NCBI RefSeq assembly: GCF_004010195.1
Contig: NC_057719.1
Location: forward strand, 41,465,752-41,501,016
Length of the DNA: 35,265 nt
Reading direction: 5' to 3'
DNA from: Chiloscyllium plagiosum
Taxonomy: Eukaryota
Below the pieces are notes generated by a model, which had not been told where the DNA came from, did not search any database, and was given only the letters and a program-made list of their open reading frames with translations. This document shows, piece after piece, positions 21,991 to 34,420 of the stretch. Position 1 is the stretch's first letter. Each line of letters opens with the position of its first letter. Made by a program: the position numbers and the translations under genes.

Positions 21991-23609
21991 GCAGTTGGGT
22001 TCAAGCCACATCCCCCCCATAATTGTGTCATAAACCTGTTTGAACAGGTTGATTAAAAATACCTAAATGATGCAGCAAGATACTTCTAGTCTGATTCTGC
22101 CACCAAGCTAACCATAGCCCTGTAAGATTCTGTCCATTGTAACTATTTGTCATTTTCAAGTGTTAAACTGAATTATTTGGCATGGCAATCAACAAATATA
22201 ACTACTAATGTCAGCAGATACTTTATACAATAGAAATGCTACCTTTATTTAAAGATTATAGTACTGTGGTACCTTCAGACTGAGGAAGATGTGGAGGCAG
22301 AATGGACCTTTTCTGATCTGCTCAAAGAATTAATTAAACAAATAATGAATTCAATCAGACTGGTTTCAATTGGCCAAAATCATTGATGATAGGGTTGCAA
22401 TAACTACAAGATGAAATTGGTTGGCAGTTGTACAATTCCAACAGAAAATTGTCATCATTTTGAATTGGCTCTTCATTAAAGTGAGCAGAACACTGGCTTC
22501 AGGTTTTAGACCTCTTGATTGTACAAGTCTGGCTTTGTGACAGAGAACAGGAATACTCCTTCTGGTTCCACAATATTGTAGTTCATTGTCCTCTCCTGTC
22601 AACCCTGTGACTCACTTCTCTGCACATTCAGAATTCATCTACAGGTCAATTTGGTATAAGAAGTGATCTAATTTTTTCAGGTGCTGAACCAGGCAGGCTG
22701 TTACCACGTGAAGTTCATCAGCCCCATGTGAATGTGGGCCCCGAATGGTTTTTGGTTCAAGACAAGTGATGAATACCTTCCACTAATCAACCAACCTCTC
22801 ATTAAATCGACCTAGCTGATGGGCAGAATCTTGTGGAGACAAAATGGTTTGCAGCCGCTGTCTGGCCAGTGAACCCACCACATTGCCTCTTTTTGAGGAG
22901 GCTTCTTGCATCTTGTGCCACCCAGGTACTAAGCAGTCGATTTTTCTCAGGATTAAGGCAAATCTAATCTCTACTCAGCTCCACCACTGGGGAAGTGCTG
23001 ACTGCAGTGCCTGAAATCAGGAGCTGTTTCATTTTCTGGTGCTAGTATACAGACATCACCTCAGTCAGTTCAAAGCACATCAAACTTAATGCAAGAATGA
23101 AAATGATTCTATGCTAGTTGACATGTTTGGAAATGTTGGAGTATTTGTTAATTGGTTATAGTTTGAATCACTTGATCATTCATATCAGTCTAGTTGTCAA
23201 AGGAATGCTTGTTCAGTATGTGATTTCCCGCAGTGCTTAGATGAAAAGGAAATAGCTAGATGTTCTGTTTTGCCAAGATAAGGAATGAAAATAATTCTAT
23301 TTAGATTGTTCATGATAGATGTTATCTTATCAGTGAAGCCACAGCCTCGGTTATGAAATACACATCCCCCTCCATATGACCAATAAGCAACTAAAAAGGG
23401 AAAAATAAAATTAGACTCATTTTAAAGCAGAAATGATTGAGTCTTCATGGTTACTTCTTCACTCCTCATTCTTGAGCATAATGTTTCTCACTGGGGTACA
23501 GTCCCAGTTTTATCTCTGGTGTTTATATGCCTGGTTGAGTCCGGATATCAAAGAGTAAATTATCTAATATCCTGCCACCAATGATTTCTTGAGAAATTTT
23601 CCACTGCAT

Positions 23610-24160
23610 CATAAAATCATGGAAATTTGCAGCACATGAGAGACCATTTGCCTGTGCCAACTGGAAAACAGCTCATAGTCTTTCTCTGATTGCTCTGTAA
23701 TCCATAACCTTGTAAGTGTTCAAGTACATATCCAAATCCATTTTAAAGATGAAGGGATTTCTGCTTTCTTTTCAGACAGAGACTTCCAGACTTCTAGCCC
23801 TTCTACCAATTACTATAAATCTATATCTCTCTGCAAAGAGAAATAAGTTGTTCCAATCCATTCTATCCTGGCCTCTCATAAATTCTAAATCTTAATTAAA
23901 TCTCCACACAGCCTCTTCTGTTTCAAGAGAAACAATCCCAATGTATCAAACACTTTTTTTCAGTTCTCCAAACATATTTATAAGTGTCATATGTGATCAC
24001 ATTACCCTGTAATTAGAATTAGAATTAGATTTTATTGTCACATGTACTTAACTCATGTACGTCTGTACTTGAGTACAGTGAAAAGCGTACAATGTCACCA
24101 GTCCCAGTGCCATCTTATGTGCAGTGACCAGAACTGCCCACATATTCCAGCTGTACCTTT
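23610..24160 (-). mobile_element. Degenerate CR1 3' fragment with a second LINE-like tail nested at ~24012-24120
   Basis: AATCATGGAAATTTGCAGCAC tail, TTAAATCTCCACACAGCCTCTTCTGTTTCAAG and GTGACCAGAACTGCCCACATATTCCAG (LEYVGQFWS on minus); the inner (ATTAGA)3-TTTTATTGTCACATGTAC segment looks like a separate 3' end. Confidence 0.6.
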
Positions 24161-24369
24161 GCTCATTTTTAAATAGTGCTAACATAACTCACTGGTTGTG
24201 AGGACGCATTGTAGTTGCGAGGACACAGCTCGCTATTTGTAGTGTTCAGATATCACAACCAAGCCTCTTTATGCGTTCAATTGACATCTGTACTTGTGCT
24301 ATTACCAATAGATATCATTGGATGATAATTCAGGGATGGGAACATTGGCACTGATTATGTGCTGACAGT

Positions 24370-24765
24370 GTGAGAGCATAGAGGGAGCAAAAGACAGGGT
24401 GCTTTCATGTATTTGTGGAGTCGTGGACAATTCATAAGACTTAGATGACCCCAAGTGCAGAAAGTGTTGTTGGACGCACAACTTTGAGCTATGGGATTTG
24501 GAGCTCAAGTCAGCAGCTGGAATCACTGAGGTGCATTAGGGAGGCAGAGAAAGATGTGAATAGATGTTGAGAGAGCTGGTCACACCGTAAGTTAGAAGCA
24601 ATCAGGCACATAGGGAGTGGGTGACTGTCAGAACGTCCTAGAGAAGCAGACAGGTAGTGCAGAAATCTTCAGAGATCATGTGCACTGACCAGTTTTTCAT
24701 TCTGGATCCTGGTCAGGGTGATGAAGCCTTGAAAGAATGCGACAAGAGCCAAACCTGTAGCACCA
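24370..24765 (+). mobile_element. CR1 ORF1 N-terminal remnant (zinc finger and leucine zipper)
   Basis: Segments LDDPKCRKC, QQLESLRCIREAEKDVNR, RELVTP, EWVTVR, RQVVQKS and QFFILDPGQGD occur in order, with frameshifts. Confidence 0.7.
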
Positions 24766-27429
24766 AGTTTCTTGTGTGCCATTTTGTTAGTGCTGTTGGG
24801 GACATTTTAAATTAACTCACCTAATATGAGAGAACGAGGAGAGAATATTAGGGAATAATACTCGGGTGCGTGAAATATTCAGACAAGCAGCTGGCACTAG
24901 AGGAGAGAGCAGTCACTTGACAGGTGGAGTTAGCGTGAGAGAGCAAGTAGTTAGGTCTAAATTAAAGTTATGATGCTTGTATTTAAAGTGCACAGTGTAC
25001 AAATACAAACTGTTTTGGAGCTGTTGTTAATAGACATAGATTTCTGTTTTATTATAGTTGCTTTCTTTTTAAAATTGCTTTTTGTCTTTGGTAATAAGTT
25101 TTACTCATTGGTCATGATTAGAGTGCAATTTAGGAATGAATGGGGAGCTGCAATGAAAAGATACCCTGTCTAGATGCTGGATAAAAGCCAACGCAAGGGA
25201 ACTGACACTATATGTAATTCTCTATAATGCGTAATTAATGTGTACTCTTTTTTATTCTGCAATAATAAATAAACCAAACAGGAGCATGTTTTGTCACAAA
25301 TAAGTACACATGTGTATTGTAATTCATGCACTGGGTGTATGATGGCACCAATTAAGGTCCATAATCTTGTCTCAACATTGTCTTTCCTTGACACAGCAGC
25401 CATGCAAACTGTACATCAATTTTATTATCACAATGGCACTCAGATCAGACTTCTACATGTTTGGAATATCTGTTCTTTGATAGTTTTCTCTGTAAAGATT
25501 GCCAACACTGCATAGAACCATAGTGTTTGATTTACAGTATACGATTTTGACTCTGACTTAATAGTAGTTTGCCCAATGTAACACTTTATTCTATCACCCG
25601 ACTGCTTCTCAATCATAACATTTATTGCTGATTATATTTTTCCGTGATTAAGCATTCCTCATTTCAACTGCTATGCAGATTGACTAAACACATCTCTCTC
25701 CTAGCCCATCCACATCCATCAAATCACCATTTCTGTAATTTTGCATCATTTATGTCACATTGACAACTCAAAGTCAACAAAATTATAGAAGGGAAAAGAC
25801 AGCTTAAATGACTCATAATTGAATCTCCACACTTCTGGTTCATAAATCTTCAATTACAAATTTTTATAAATATGGCATCCTGGTTATACAGTCTAATTAC
25901 TGGGACGTATTACATTTCAAAACTATAATTTAGCTGTACTAAATAGAATGGGTAGAGTTGATACAGTTGCAATGCAATGCATTAGTAAGCAATAAAAACT
26001 AAGATTAAGTCCCAGCGGTGATCTAAATACATTCTGTACTGAAGTTATTAAAAATAGTTCAGAGAAAATCAGATTTATAATAGCAGATGTCTAGACTGCA
26101 GATGCATTGCTGAAGGACTTTGCATTTGCTCACATGTGTAATGTGACCTTGGTCTACGCAATTGGTATCATGTCATAATTTTTTATTATCACATAAACTA
26201 TTTTGATGTAGTGCTTATACTGCTATCGATGGATGGTCTATCGAACCAAGTGGAAGTCTTTTCTGATTACTAAAACAATCATTAAATTTCTAGTGCAATA
26301 AAGTTTTATAACAATCTGACTTAGGAAAGCTGGTTTATCAACCGTGTGATCAAATCCTTTGAACCATCATCAAATCAAAGGCAGAGTACTAGGACATAAA
26401 TACTAGGCAAATATAACCCATGTTCAATTTGGTAACAACTGCTGAGTTTTGGAGCTAAAGGCACAATATCAAAACAGAACAATGAGACACAGTTAAAATA
26501 ATATCCTCGGCCAGATTAATGGAGCTTCGACAGAACAACTGTCAGGGAAAGGCTAATATCATATTTTTGTGACCATGGTGAACATATCACTTTTACTACT
26601 CAGAGTACCATCTCCCAAAGCTTTTTTACATCTGCTAAAGTGCAGATTTTATACCAATTAGAAAGCAGTGAGTGAGGCATCACAGAGACCTGTAATAATG
26701 AAACAATGCATTGTGGTTGGAGGTGAACGGCTATCTGAAAGATAACTTTCAACTGAAACTTCTGGAGTAGGCAACATCTGCGGAAAAAGGGAAAGAGTTA
26801 GTCCTTCACCTCAATAACCTTTCATCAGAACTAGAAGATGCTTGAGATCTGTGGTGTGTTTTCAATACAGTATTTTCTGTTTTTGTTCTGCATACCCCTG
26901 GCATCTTCCTGGCTTTCTTCCAGCACACCCCTGCTGTAACCACTCACTTCTAGGAGCTGTTCATCTCTAACATCTCCTAATGACCATAAAATGCTGGACA
27001 TGCTCAGCAGGTATCGAGGGACAACAGTCACACACTTACAGTGTAGGAGGCATAATGGAGAATTGCAAAGAAGATTACGGTGGCCCAGCAGCTCAGTGGG
27101 AGAAAAGCAAGTAGGCAGGGGTGTAGATCACAATGTTGGCTGTATACTGATACGGAAGCCCCATCCAAAAATCAATCCACACCATCTCCATTCACTGGGG
27201 CTCTGGTGCAGCTTTCCACTTTGCAAACTCCCTTTCTCCTTTATCCCCAGGATTAATCCTACATCCCAACCAACAGTATCCAAAGCGAAACCACCAGTTG
27301 GGCAAAACACCTGAATGGCACTATCTGTCTATTCACCTAACTACCCCTTTGGACTTTCATTCTGCTATGCACCCAGACTTCTGCTCCACCTTTCCCTGAC
27401 CCTGTACTCAGAAATTATTCCAACAGCTT

Positions 27430-27562
27430 CCAGTTCTAATAAATGATAATTGACCTGAAATGTTGATGGTATTTCTCTTTGCATGGATGTTACCTGGTCC
27501 ATTGACTGCTTCCAGCATTTTTTGTTTTTATTTGAGATTTCTAATGTGTGCAGTATTTTACT
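27430..27562. mobile_element. Penelope-like terminal repeat remnant (opposite orientation to 19190-19325)
   Basis: GACCTGAAATGTTGA...TTCCAGCATTTTTTGTTTTTATTTGAGATTTCTAA is approximately the reverse complement of 19190-19325. Confidence 0.6.
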
Positions 27563-27644
27563 CCTGTCAGAGTGCAATAATAGCAGTTACTAATGAGAAA
27601 TTCATGCTCTGAGTTATCTTATTGTTATGGTTGAAGAGGAATAG

Positions 27645-27926
27645 AGGATGGCTCAGTGGTCAGCACTCCTGCCTCACAGCACCAGGGACCTGGGTTTGAT
27701 TCCAGCCTTGGGACACTGTATAGAGTTTGCACATTCTCCCCATGTCTACATGGGTTTCTTCTGCATGCTTTGTTTTCCTCTCACAGTCCAAAGATGTACA
27801 GACTAGGTGGAGTAGCAATGAGAAATGCAGAGTTAGGGTAGGGGTATGGATTGAGGATGCTCTTCAGAGAGTTGGTGTGGATTCAGTCGACCAAATGCCT
27901 GCCCCCACACTGTAAAGATTCTATGA
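27645..27926 (+). mobile_element. HE1/V-SINE-type SINE, older diverged copy
   Basis: A box TGGCTCAGTGG, B box GGTTTGATTCC, GAGTTTGCACATTCTCCCC core, tail CACACTGTAAAGATTCTATGA; CpG-depleted relative to 5765-6086. Confidence 0.9.
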
Positions 27927-28169
27927 ACTGACTGAATCTTACATTTTCTTGGCAAAATACTAGCCACTTCAGGTTTGGTGGAGTGATTTTCACTATGAGC
28001 CCAAATGCGTTTTCTCATCAAATCGTAACAAATGTATCAAATGTGATTGTTAATTTTGCTTCAATGGTGAGTATCAAGTCTGCTTACCACCCCCATCTTA
28101 TCATGTGTCATTCCCAAAGAAACCCAGCCCTCATCAGAGATCCTGGAGTTCACTGGCATTCTTGATGCT

Positions 28170-28960
28170 GGTGCTATCTTTAAAGTCCCATGATGTACTC
28201 GAACAATCACTGTCAGTCTGGAGCTGCTTTACATGTTCCTTAACATTTGTCTTAGATATAGCAGATATGGAGAAATCAGTGCCCTGCTTTGTAGGCATGG
28301 TCCTGTGGAGATTCTTCTGCATGTGCCAGTATGACCTCCTCTTCTCCCAGAACCAGATGTGGAGCCACAACATCAGTTCAGTTTGGTCAGTCTGGGGGAA
28401 TGCCCAACATTGTAGGAAGTAGGTCAGTTTCTTCACCACTCCACTAGTGTAAGTGCCACCATCTTCTCTCTGATGCCTCACTTTCAGTGTATCTTTGTTG
28501 TTACTTCCCACCAAGGCTCAAACTTTGCCACTCTGACTACTGCCTGCAACATCTTCATCCTTACCCACTCCCATTCGCAACACCATTAACTCTTCTATGC
28601 TGCCCACTGCTTCTATGCCATCTATGCTGTCCACTAAGTGGCTTGGGACACCTCCCCCATCTGCAACAACAATAGTAGCTACTTGACCCATTTTCATCTT
28701 CTGTAATACCTTTCCTGTCTCTCAGAGCATGAGGCCAACATCCCACAGTAGGCCAGAAAGAGTCATGATGTGTGGTGGGCTGCCATCACATTCTGACTCT
28801 GACCTTCCCAATAGAGCCTAGCTTACTACTGGGAGCTGCTTTTGACTCTTACTGCGATGGGAACCCCTGAGCTTAGGCAATCCCCTTTGATTGGACTGAG
28901 ACTTGCTCTCAACTCTGTTGAGCGTTTTAGCTTTGTGTCTGTGCTAAATGGTACAGCAGG
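28170..28960 (+). pseudogene. Decayed Harbinger-type Myb/SANT gene, copy C
   Basis: MEKSVPCFVGM...WGNAQHCRK parallels copy A (KEKSMSCFVGI...RRNAQYCRK); donor GTAAGTGCCACCATCTT at 28449; C/T/A-rich intron; acceptor TTCCTGTCTCTCAG near 28725; then ERVMMCGGLP. Confidence 0.55.
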
Positions 28961-29604
28961 ACAATTGCAACATAAACCTGGTATTCTAGCTAAGGGGTGA
29001 AGGCAAAAAAATACAAGACAGAGTTTCTGTGAACATCCACATAGGCTCTGACTGAGGGAGCACTTTGAGACCAAGTGAGGAACCCAGGATCATGGCTGCT
29101 CCAGGTCATAGGCTCAGTAAGTATCCCTAAAGTGTCCTTCAAATGTGGTGCACAAAAATCCAACATCAACACTTTTTGGCACTTTAAATGAGAGAGAGAT
29201 TAAACTAACTCAAAAATAAATGCTTTTCATCTTGCAATTTTTTTTTGTTGTGACTGGCCAAATAAACATGTATTTGTTGAGCATTTGAATACAGACAAAC
29301 CAAACCTCTGTCATCGAGAGCAAGAGGTATCGGTCCGATACTATTTGAAAAAAAAACAAAGGGCAATTATGTGAACCTGAAAGCAGAATTTGCTAAAGTG
29401 AACTGGCAAATTAGGCTGAAGGTTAGGTCGACAGAAATGCAGTGTCAGACATTACAAGGGATATTTCAGAATAGATACACCCCAAAGAGTAAGAAAAATT
29501 CAGAGGAACAGACCCACAATCCAGAATTAACTCAAATTGTTTGTTAGTATCAAAGTTATGGAAAAAGCATATCATTGTGTAAAGACAGGTGGCAGATAAA
29601 AGAG

Positions 29605-29733
29605 GAGGTGACGGTTTGGTGGTATTATCACTGGACTGTTAATCCAGAGACCCAGGTAATGTTCTGGTAGGATTTCAATCCTACCAGAGCATTTGGTGGA
29701 AACTGAACTTAATAAAAATCCGGAATTAACAGT
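29605..29733 (+). mobile_element. 5' head of a tRNA-like SINE (not HE1)
   Basis: GGTGACGGTTTGGTGGTATTATCACTGGACTGTTAATCCAGAGACCCAGG...GATTTCAATCCTACC with A-box-like and B-box-like motifs; recalled as a common shark SINE head. Confidence 0.55.
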
Positions 29734-29734
29734 T

Positions 29735-30755
29735 TTCTCCAGTGGTTCCCAGCATTACAGATACCAAACTTCAGCCAAATTTGATTCCCTCCAAGTGCTG
29801 TCAAGAAATGGTTGGAGGCATTGGACACTGCAATGGCTATGGATCCTGACAACATTCCAGCAATAGGACTGAAGCATTGTACTCCAGAACTTGTCACTCC
29901 CCAAGCCAAGTTGCCCCAGTATAGTTACAAAACTGGCATCTACCCAACAATGTGGAAAATTGCCCAAGTATACAAACAGGAGGACAAATCCAAAACAGCC
30001 AATTACTGCTCCATCAGTCTACTCTTGATCATCAGTAAAGTGATCTTCAAAACCCACTTACAATACTATCAAGCAGCACCTGCTCAGCAATAACCTGCTC
30101 AGTGATGCCCAGTTTGGATTCCGCCAGGGTCAGTCAGCTCCAGACGTCATTACAGCCTTGGGTCAAACATGGACAAAAGAATTGAATTTCGGATGTGAGG
30201 TGAAAGTGACAGCCCGTGACATCAAAGCTTCATTCGACTGAGCGTGGAATCAAGGAGCCTTCGCAAAATTGGAATCAGTGGGGTATCAGGGGGCAAACTC
30301 TCTGCTGGTTGGAGTCATAACTAACAACAAGTGGACTGTAGCAGTTCAAGAAGGCAGCTCACCATCACCTTCTCAAGGTTAAGTGGGTGGCATGGTGGCT
30401 CAGTGGTCAGCAATGCTACCTCACAGCACCAGGGTCCCAGTTTTGACTCCAGCCTCGGTCGACTGTCTGCGTGGAGTTTGCACATTCTCCCCGTGTCTGC
30501 GCGGGTTTCCTCCAGGTGCTCCGGTTTCCTCCCACAATTCAAAGATTTGCAGGTCAGGTGAATTGGCCATGGTGTTATGGGCATTAATCAGAGGGAAATG
30601 GGTCTTGGTGGGTTGCTCTTCGGAGGGTCTGTGTGGACTAGTTGGGCCAAAGGGCCTGTTTCCACACTGTAGGGAATCTAATCTTTTAAAAAAAAAGTAA
30701 GGATTGGCAATAAATGCTGGCCCAGCCAGCAAGACCACATCCCATGAATGAAATC
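29735..30755 (+). mobile_element. CR1/L2-group LINE: RT N-terminal segment joined to the 3' tail, interrupted by an HE1 SINE
   Basis: LEALDTAMAMDPDNIPA...GIYPTMWKIAQV...ANYCSISLLLIISKV, then QFGFRQG and DIKASFD motifs; jumps at ~30325 to the tail that aligns with 8690-8808. Confidence 0.85.
30385..30694 (+). mobile_element. HE1/V-SINE-type SINE
   Basis: A box TGGCTCAGTGG, V-domain core, tail GGGCCAAAGGGCCTGTTTCCACACTGTAGGGAATCTAATCT; AAGT on both sides (30381-30384, 30695-30698). Confidence 0.95.
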
Positions 30756-30969
30756 AATTTCTGGGCCAATCACTATTCCCTCTTTATTTGTTTTCTCCTG
30801 CAATCTCCAGTATTTTATTGAAATCCAATGCAATACACCCACTTTAAATAGGATTTATTTCAATCAATATGCAAATGAAAATGCCTACAAAACTCTGGCG
30901 CAGACATCTCTCTGAGTCATTTGTACATTCAACTCACCCCATCAAAGTCCATTCTACACCTGCTCATCG

Positions 30970-31140
30970 ACAACGCTTTGCAGCTATATAGCTTCTTTAA
31001 CTTAGTAAAATATACGAAGGCACTTCACAGGAGCATTAGAAAGCAACATTTGTCAATCAACCATGTAAGGAGATTTTAGGGTAATAACCTAGCTTGGGCA
31101 AAGAGGTAGGTTTGAAGGAGGGACTTAATGGAGGGGCGTG
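30970..31140 (-). mobile_element. L2-like LINE 3' end
   Basis: TATATAGCTTCTTTAAC...GGCACTTCACAGGAGC...CTTGGGCAAAGAGGTAGGTTTGAAGGAG follows an antisense L2 tail as recalled; related to 10100-10283. Confidence 0.6.
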
Positions 31141-31769
31141 GGGGTGGGGGATAGAGTCCTATCCCCATCTAACTTGGTAATTCTTATATGTTTGTCAGAC
31201 TGAGTCCAGGAAGATAAGACCTTGGCATAACATATTAAGGTTGTGAACTCTGTTCGTGTGCAGTCCCAGAGATTTCATCAAATGATTTTCTATATTGGAC
31301 TATCCCATTCAATGTTCCCTCTGCACCAATCTGTCTGTCATCCAATAGGGTTTATCCTGTTTGTTATTCAGACAGCCTTTATACCTCATTTCCACTATGT
31401 TTACAATTAATCATTAAAAAGGGAGCATACAATCACATTTTTGTTTAATGTCCCCATTATTTTTTCACTCAGCGATGCCTTAAATTCTTAGCCCAATAAA
31501 ATTGAGCTCTGATTCCTTTACAGAGAGGCTTCAAACATACAAAATGGGAAAGATTAATTCTGATTTCAGCACAGTAAATGGAATTTGCCGAAACCAATCT
31601 AATTTGAATGCTTTGCTCTGAAAGTAACCAAGAATATTGAATTTTTATAAAAATAGGAAAAATAGTTTAGGTACCAACTATAGATAGGGACAGATAAACA
31701 GGATTTCAAGTTGACCATTTTTAATGAGAGGAATTAGAAATGTAATTGGTTTGAAGCAAATGGAAAATA

Positions 31770-32700
31770 GGGGCAGATGAGAAAAAGAACAAAAGGAAAG
31801 ATGTGTGAAGGGTATTAACTAGTTGAGATTGAATGTCAACAGAACTGGTTGGTGCTAGGCCAAATGGAGTGGTAAAGGGTCAAATGAAAAGATAAGAGAT
31901 GTGTCCAGAGGAGATATGCATGGCATAATGATGAAGCATTGCTTTTCATAAACAGAAGGGAGTGAATAATTGTGTAAAATGGAGACCTGAAACAAAAGGA
32001 AACAAAATAGGGCAAATATTATGACTTAAAACTGTTGAAATCATAAGTGAGTAGGGAAGATTATAAAGTGACTAATCAGCTCCTTCAGGTTTTGTAAAGA
32101 TTTATTGCAGTAGTGCAGAGATCTGAGGTTAGAGAGGTCAGCAAAATAACAAGGTGGCGAATAAAATTGACAGAGTACTAAATTGAAATAAGCACACATA
32201 TATCATTGTTTTGCATAAAAGAAATGTTTGAGGCTTTGAAGAATGAGTAAGACTGAGGTAAAGGGATTGTGTTGCATACCTTATGCCTGTACGGAAAGGA
32301 GATGTGACAAAAGAAGGGATGCTATGGAGAGAATAGTGCCTTCAGAATGCTGCAAACAGAGAACATGGGAAAGTTGGTAATAACATTATTTTGCAGGTGG
32401 CAGAAATTGTAGAACATAATTTACTGAACACAGAGGTTGGAAGGTGAGGGCAACCGAAGCCCTTTTGAGGTTCTGGGAGGAATGGAAATAGGGAGAGAAG
32501 AGGAGAACATATTTGTGGACAACCAGGATGGTGGGGTTTTGAGGATATGCAGTTGAAGAAAATGAGGGACACAGTTGTATCACTAGGACAGATGAAACAG
32601 AGAGGGAGAAGCTGGGAAAATGGAATGGAATCCTTAGAGGAAGCTGGGTATGATGGCGTGCAGTCACTTCAGTATGAGGCATGTAGGGAATATTCATGGA
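31770..32700 (-). mobile_element. Penelope-like element remnant (RT thumb to GIY-YIG region and 3' flank)
   Basis: Minus-strand translation at ~32570-32668, DCTPSYPASSKDSIPFSQLLPLCFICPSD, corresponds to the Penelope 'S.HP...K.SIPFSQFLRLRRICS' motif. Confidence 0.7.
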
Positions 32701-33819
32701 TACCCATTCACAGAAATGTCAAAGAAGAATTCAAGATAAAGAGAATTGAAGATAGACCCTGTGACAGAACTGTAGAAATTGGAAGAAAAATGGCTGACAC
32801 TTTCCAGTGCATGTTAATAGCAGGAAATGGCATTGATCCAGTAATTAATCTGCCGGAAACAGAGATTAGAGAGAGGAACAAAGATTATTTATGTTAATTA
32901 AATTCAGACACAATTACAAATAAATAGCCTGGGTTTTCATGGACAAACGTTATTTTAAAATGTTCTAATTCCTTTTTCTGAATATGGAAGATCATATTTC
33001 TACCATTAGCTATTCATGCAAACTGTTCCCCTGGCTGTTATACCAGGCCTGCTGGCTTGTTAGTTTACTCTGATTTTACAATGGAACCTTTAAACTGCTA
33101 ACAAAACTTTGAATTTACATGAATTTCAAAGGGAGCATCTAACAACATAATCATTCTTTGTGAACATTACTCACCAGAGATAACAGTGTCATTAATGCAT
33201 GCTTACAATTCCATTCTGGCATTATAACAATTTCTTTTGATGATTTCATGAAAAGTATGATCCTCTTCAGATTTACAGCTCTAAAGCATACAGTATGCAA
33301 TGAAGTAGAGATCGAAGGTTACTGTGGGCACAATGTTGGAATCCCCAGATCCCAAGCTGGAATAAAGGGAGGTTTCTGGTTAAAGCACCAGGCTACATTT
33401 TCCTGCTTCTCTCAGCTTCTGACCACCCAGGAACAAGGCAGTTGAGGCTGCTTCATATTAATACATGTATTGAAAGCTTGAATTGTATACAATACAGTTG
33501 TTGCTAAAATCATAAAATGGTTTTATCTTTAAAATGTAAACAATGCAAACAATTTCATTTCATTCTGATAGGCACCATTTGTAACTTGAGCAGGAATTTG
33601 CTGGAACAGCTGCAAACATCATTGTGTCCTGACTACAGGGTGGACTGTCTAAATGACTTTGTCTGAGTAGGACTGCTGTTTAAATGTACAAATCGACCAA
33701 CTTAAGAAATGCAGGTTGGAGTAATGGTGTTACTGCACCAGCTTTCTAATCAGAGCTCCTTAGCACATGCTCAATAGCCATTTCACAATGATGTCTGAGA
33801 CCTGATGGAAGAAAACATG

Positions 33820-34420
33820 TGCGATGCAAGAATGACCCATTTATCCCTATTCTCTGTTTTTTGTCTATTAGACAATCATTAATCCATGCCAATACATTAC
33901 CTCTTATCCCATGTCTTTAGTATTTCACACCAGCTTTCTATGGGAAACGTTATAAATAGCCTTCTGAAAATCTAAATTTGCTATGTCTATCAGACTTTTT
34001 TTATCAATTTTATTAGTAACACCTTCAAAAAAACTCCAAGTTCATAAAATGACTTCTCATTTGCAAATCCATACTGACTATGATCATCATCCAAGTCTCT
34101 AGTTATTTAATCCTTTATAATAGATTCAAGCATTTCCCTGCTACTAAATTAAGATTAATAGTTCCACAATACCCTATTTTGCCGTTTCTCCCTTCTTCAA
34201 TAGTAGAAATTGCTACTTTCCAATCTGCAGGAATCATTCCAGATTCAATAAAAGTTTGGAAGATAATCATCAGTGCATTGACACCATCTATAGCTAATTC
34301 CACCAACACCCTGGGATATAGACCATGAGGTTCTGGGAATTAATCAACTTTGGCTCCATTGTTTTCTCCAATACAATCTTCTTACAAATGGTAATTTCCT
34401 TCAACTCCTTATTCTCCCAT
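33820..34420 (-). mobile_element. Degenerate CR1 RT fragment
   Basis: ELAIDGVNALMIIFQTFIESGMIPADWKVA...GYCGTINLNLVAGKCL, plus a DFQKAI motif near 33955-33975. Confidence 0.85.

Noticed and set aside
24810..25150. Second solo LTR
   Set aside because: The composition is suggestive, but I could not define TG...CA termini or a TSD.
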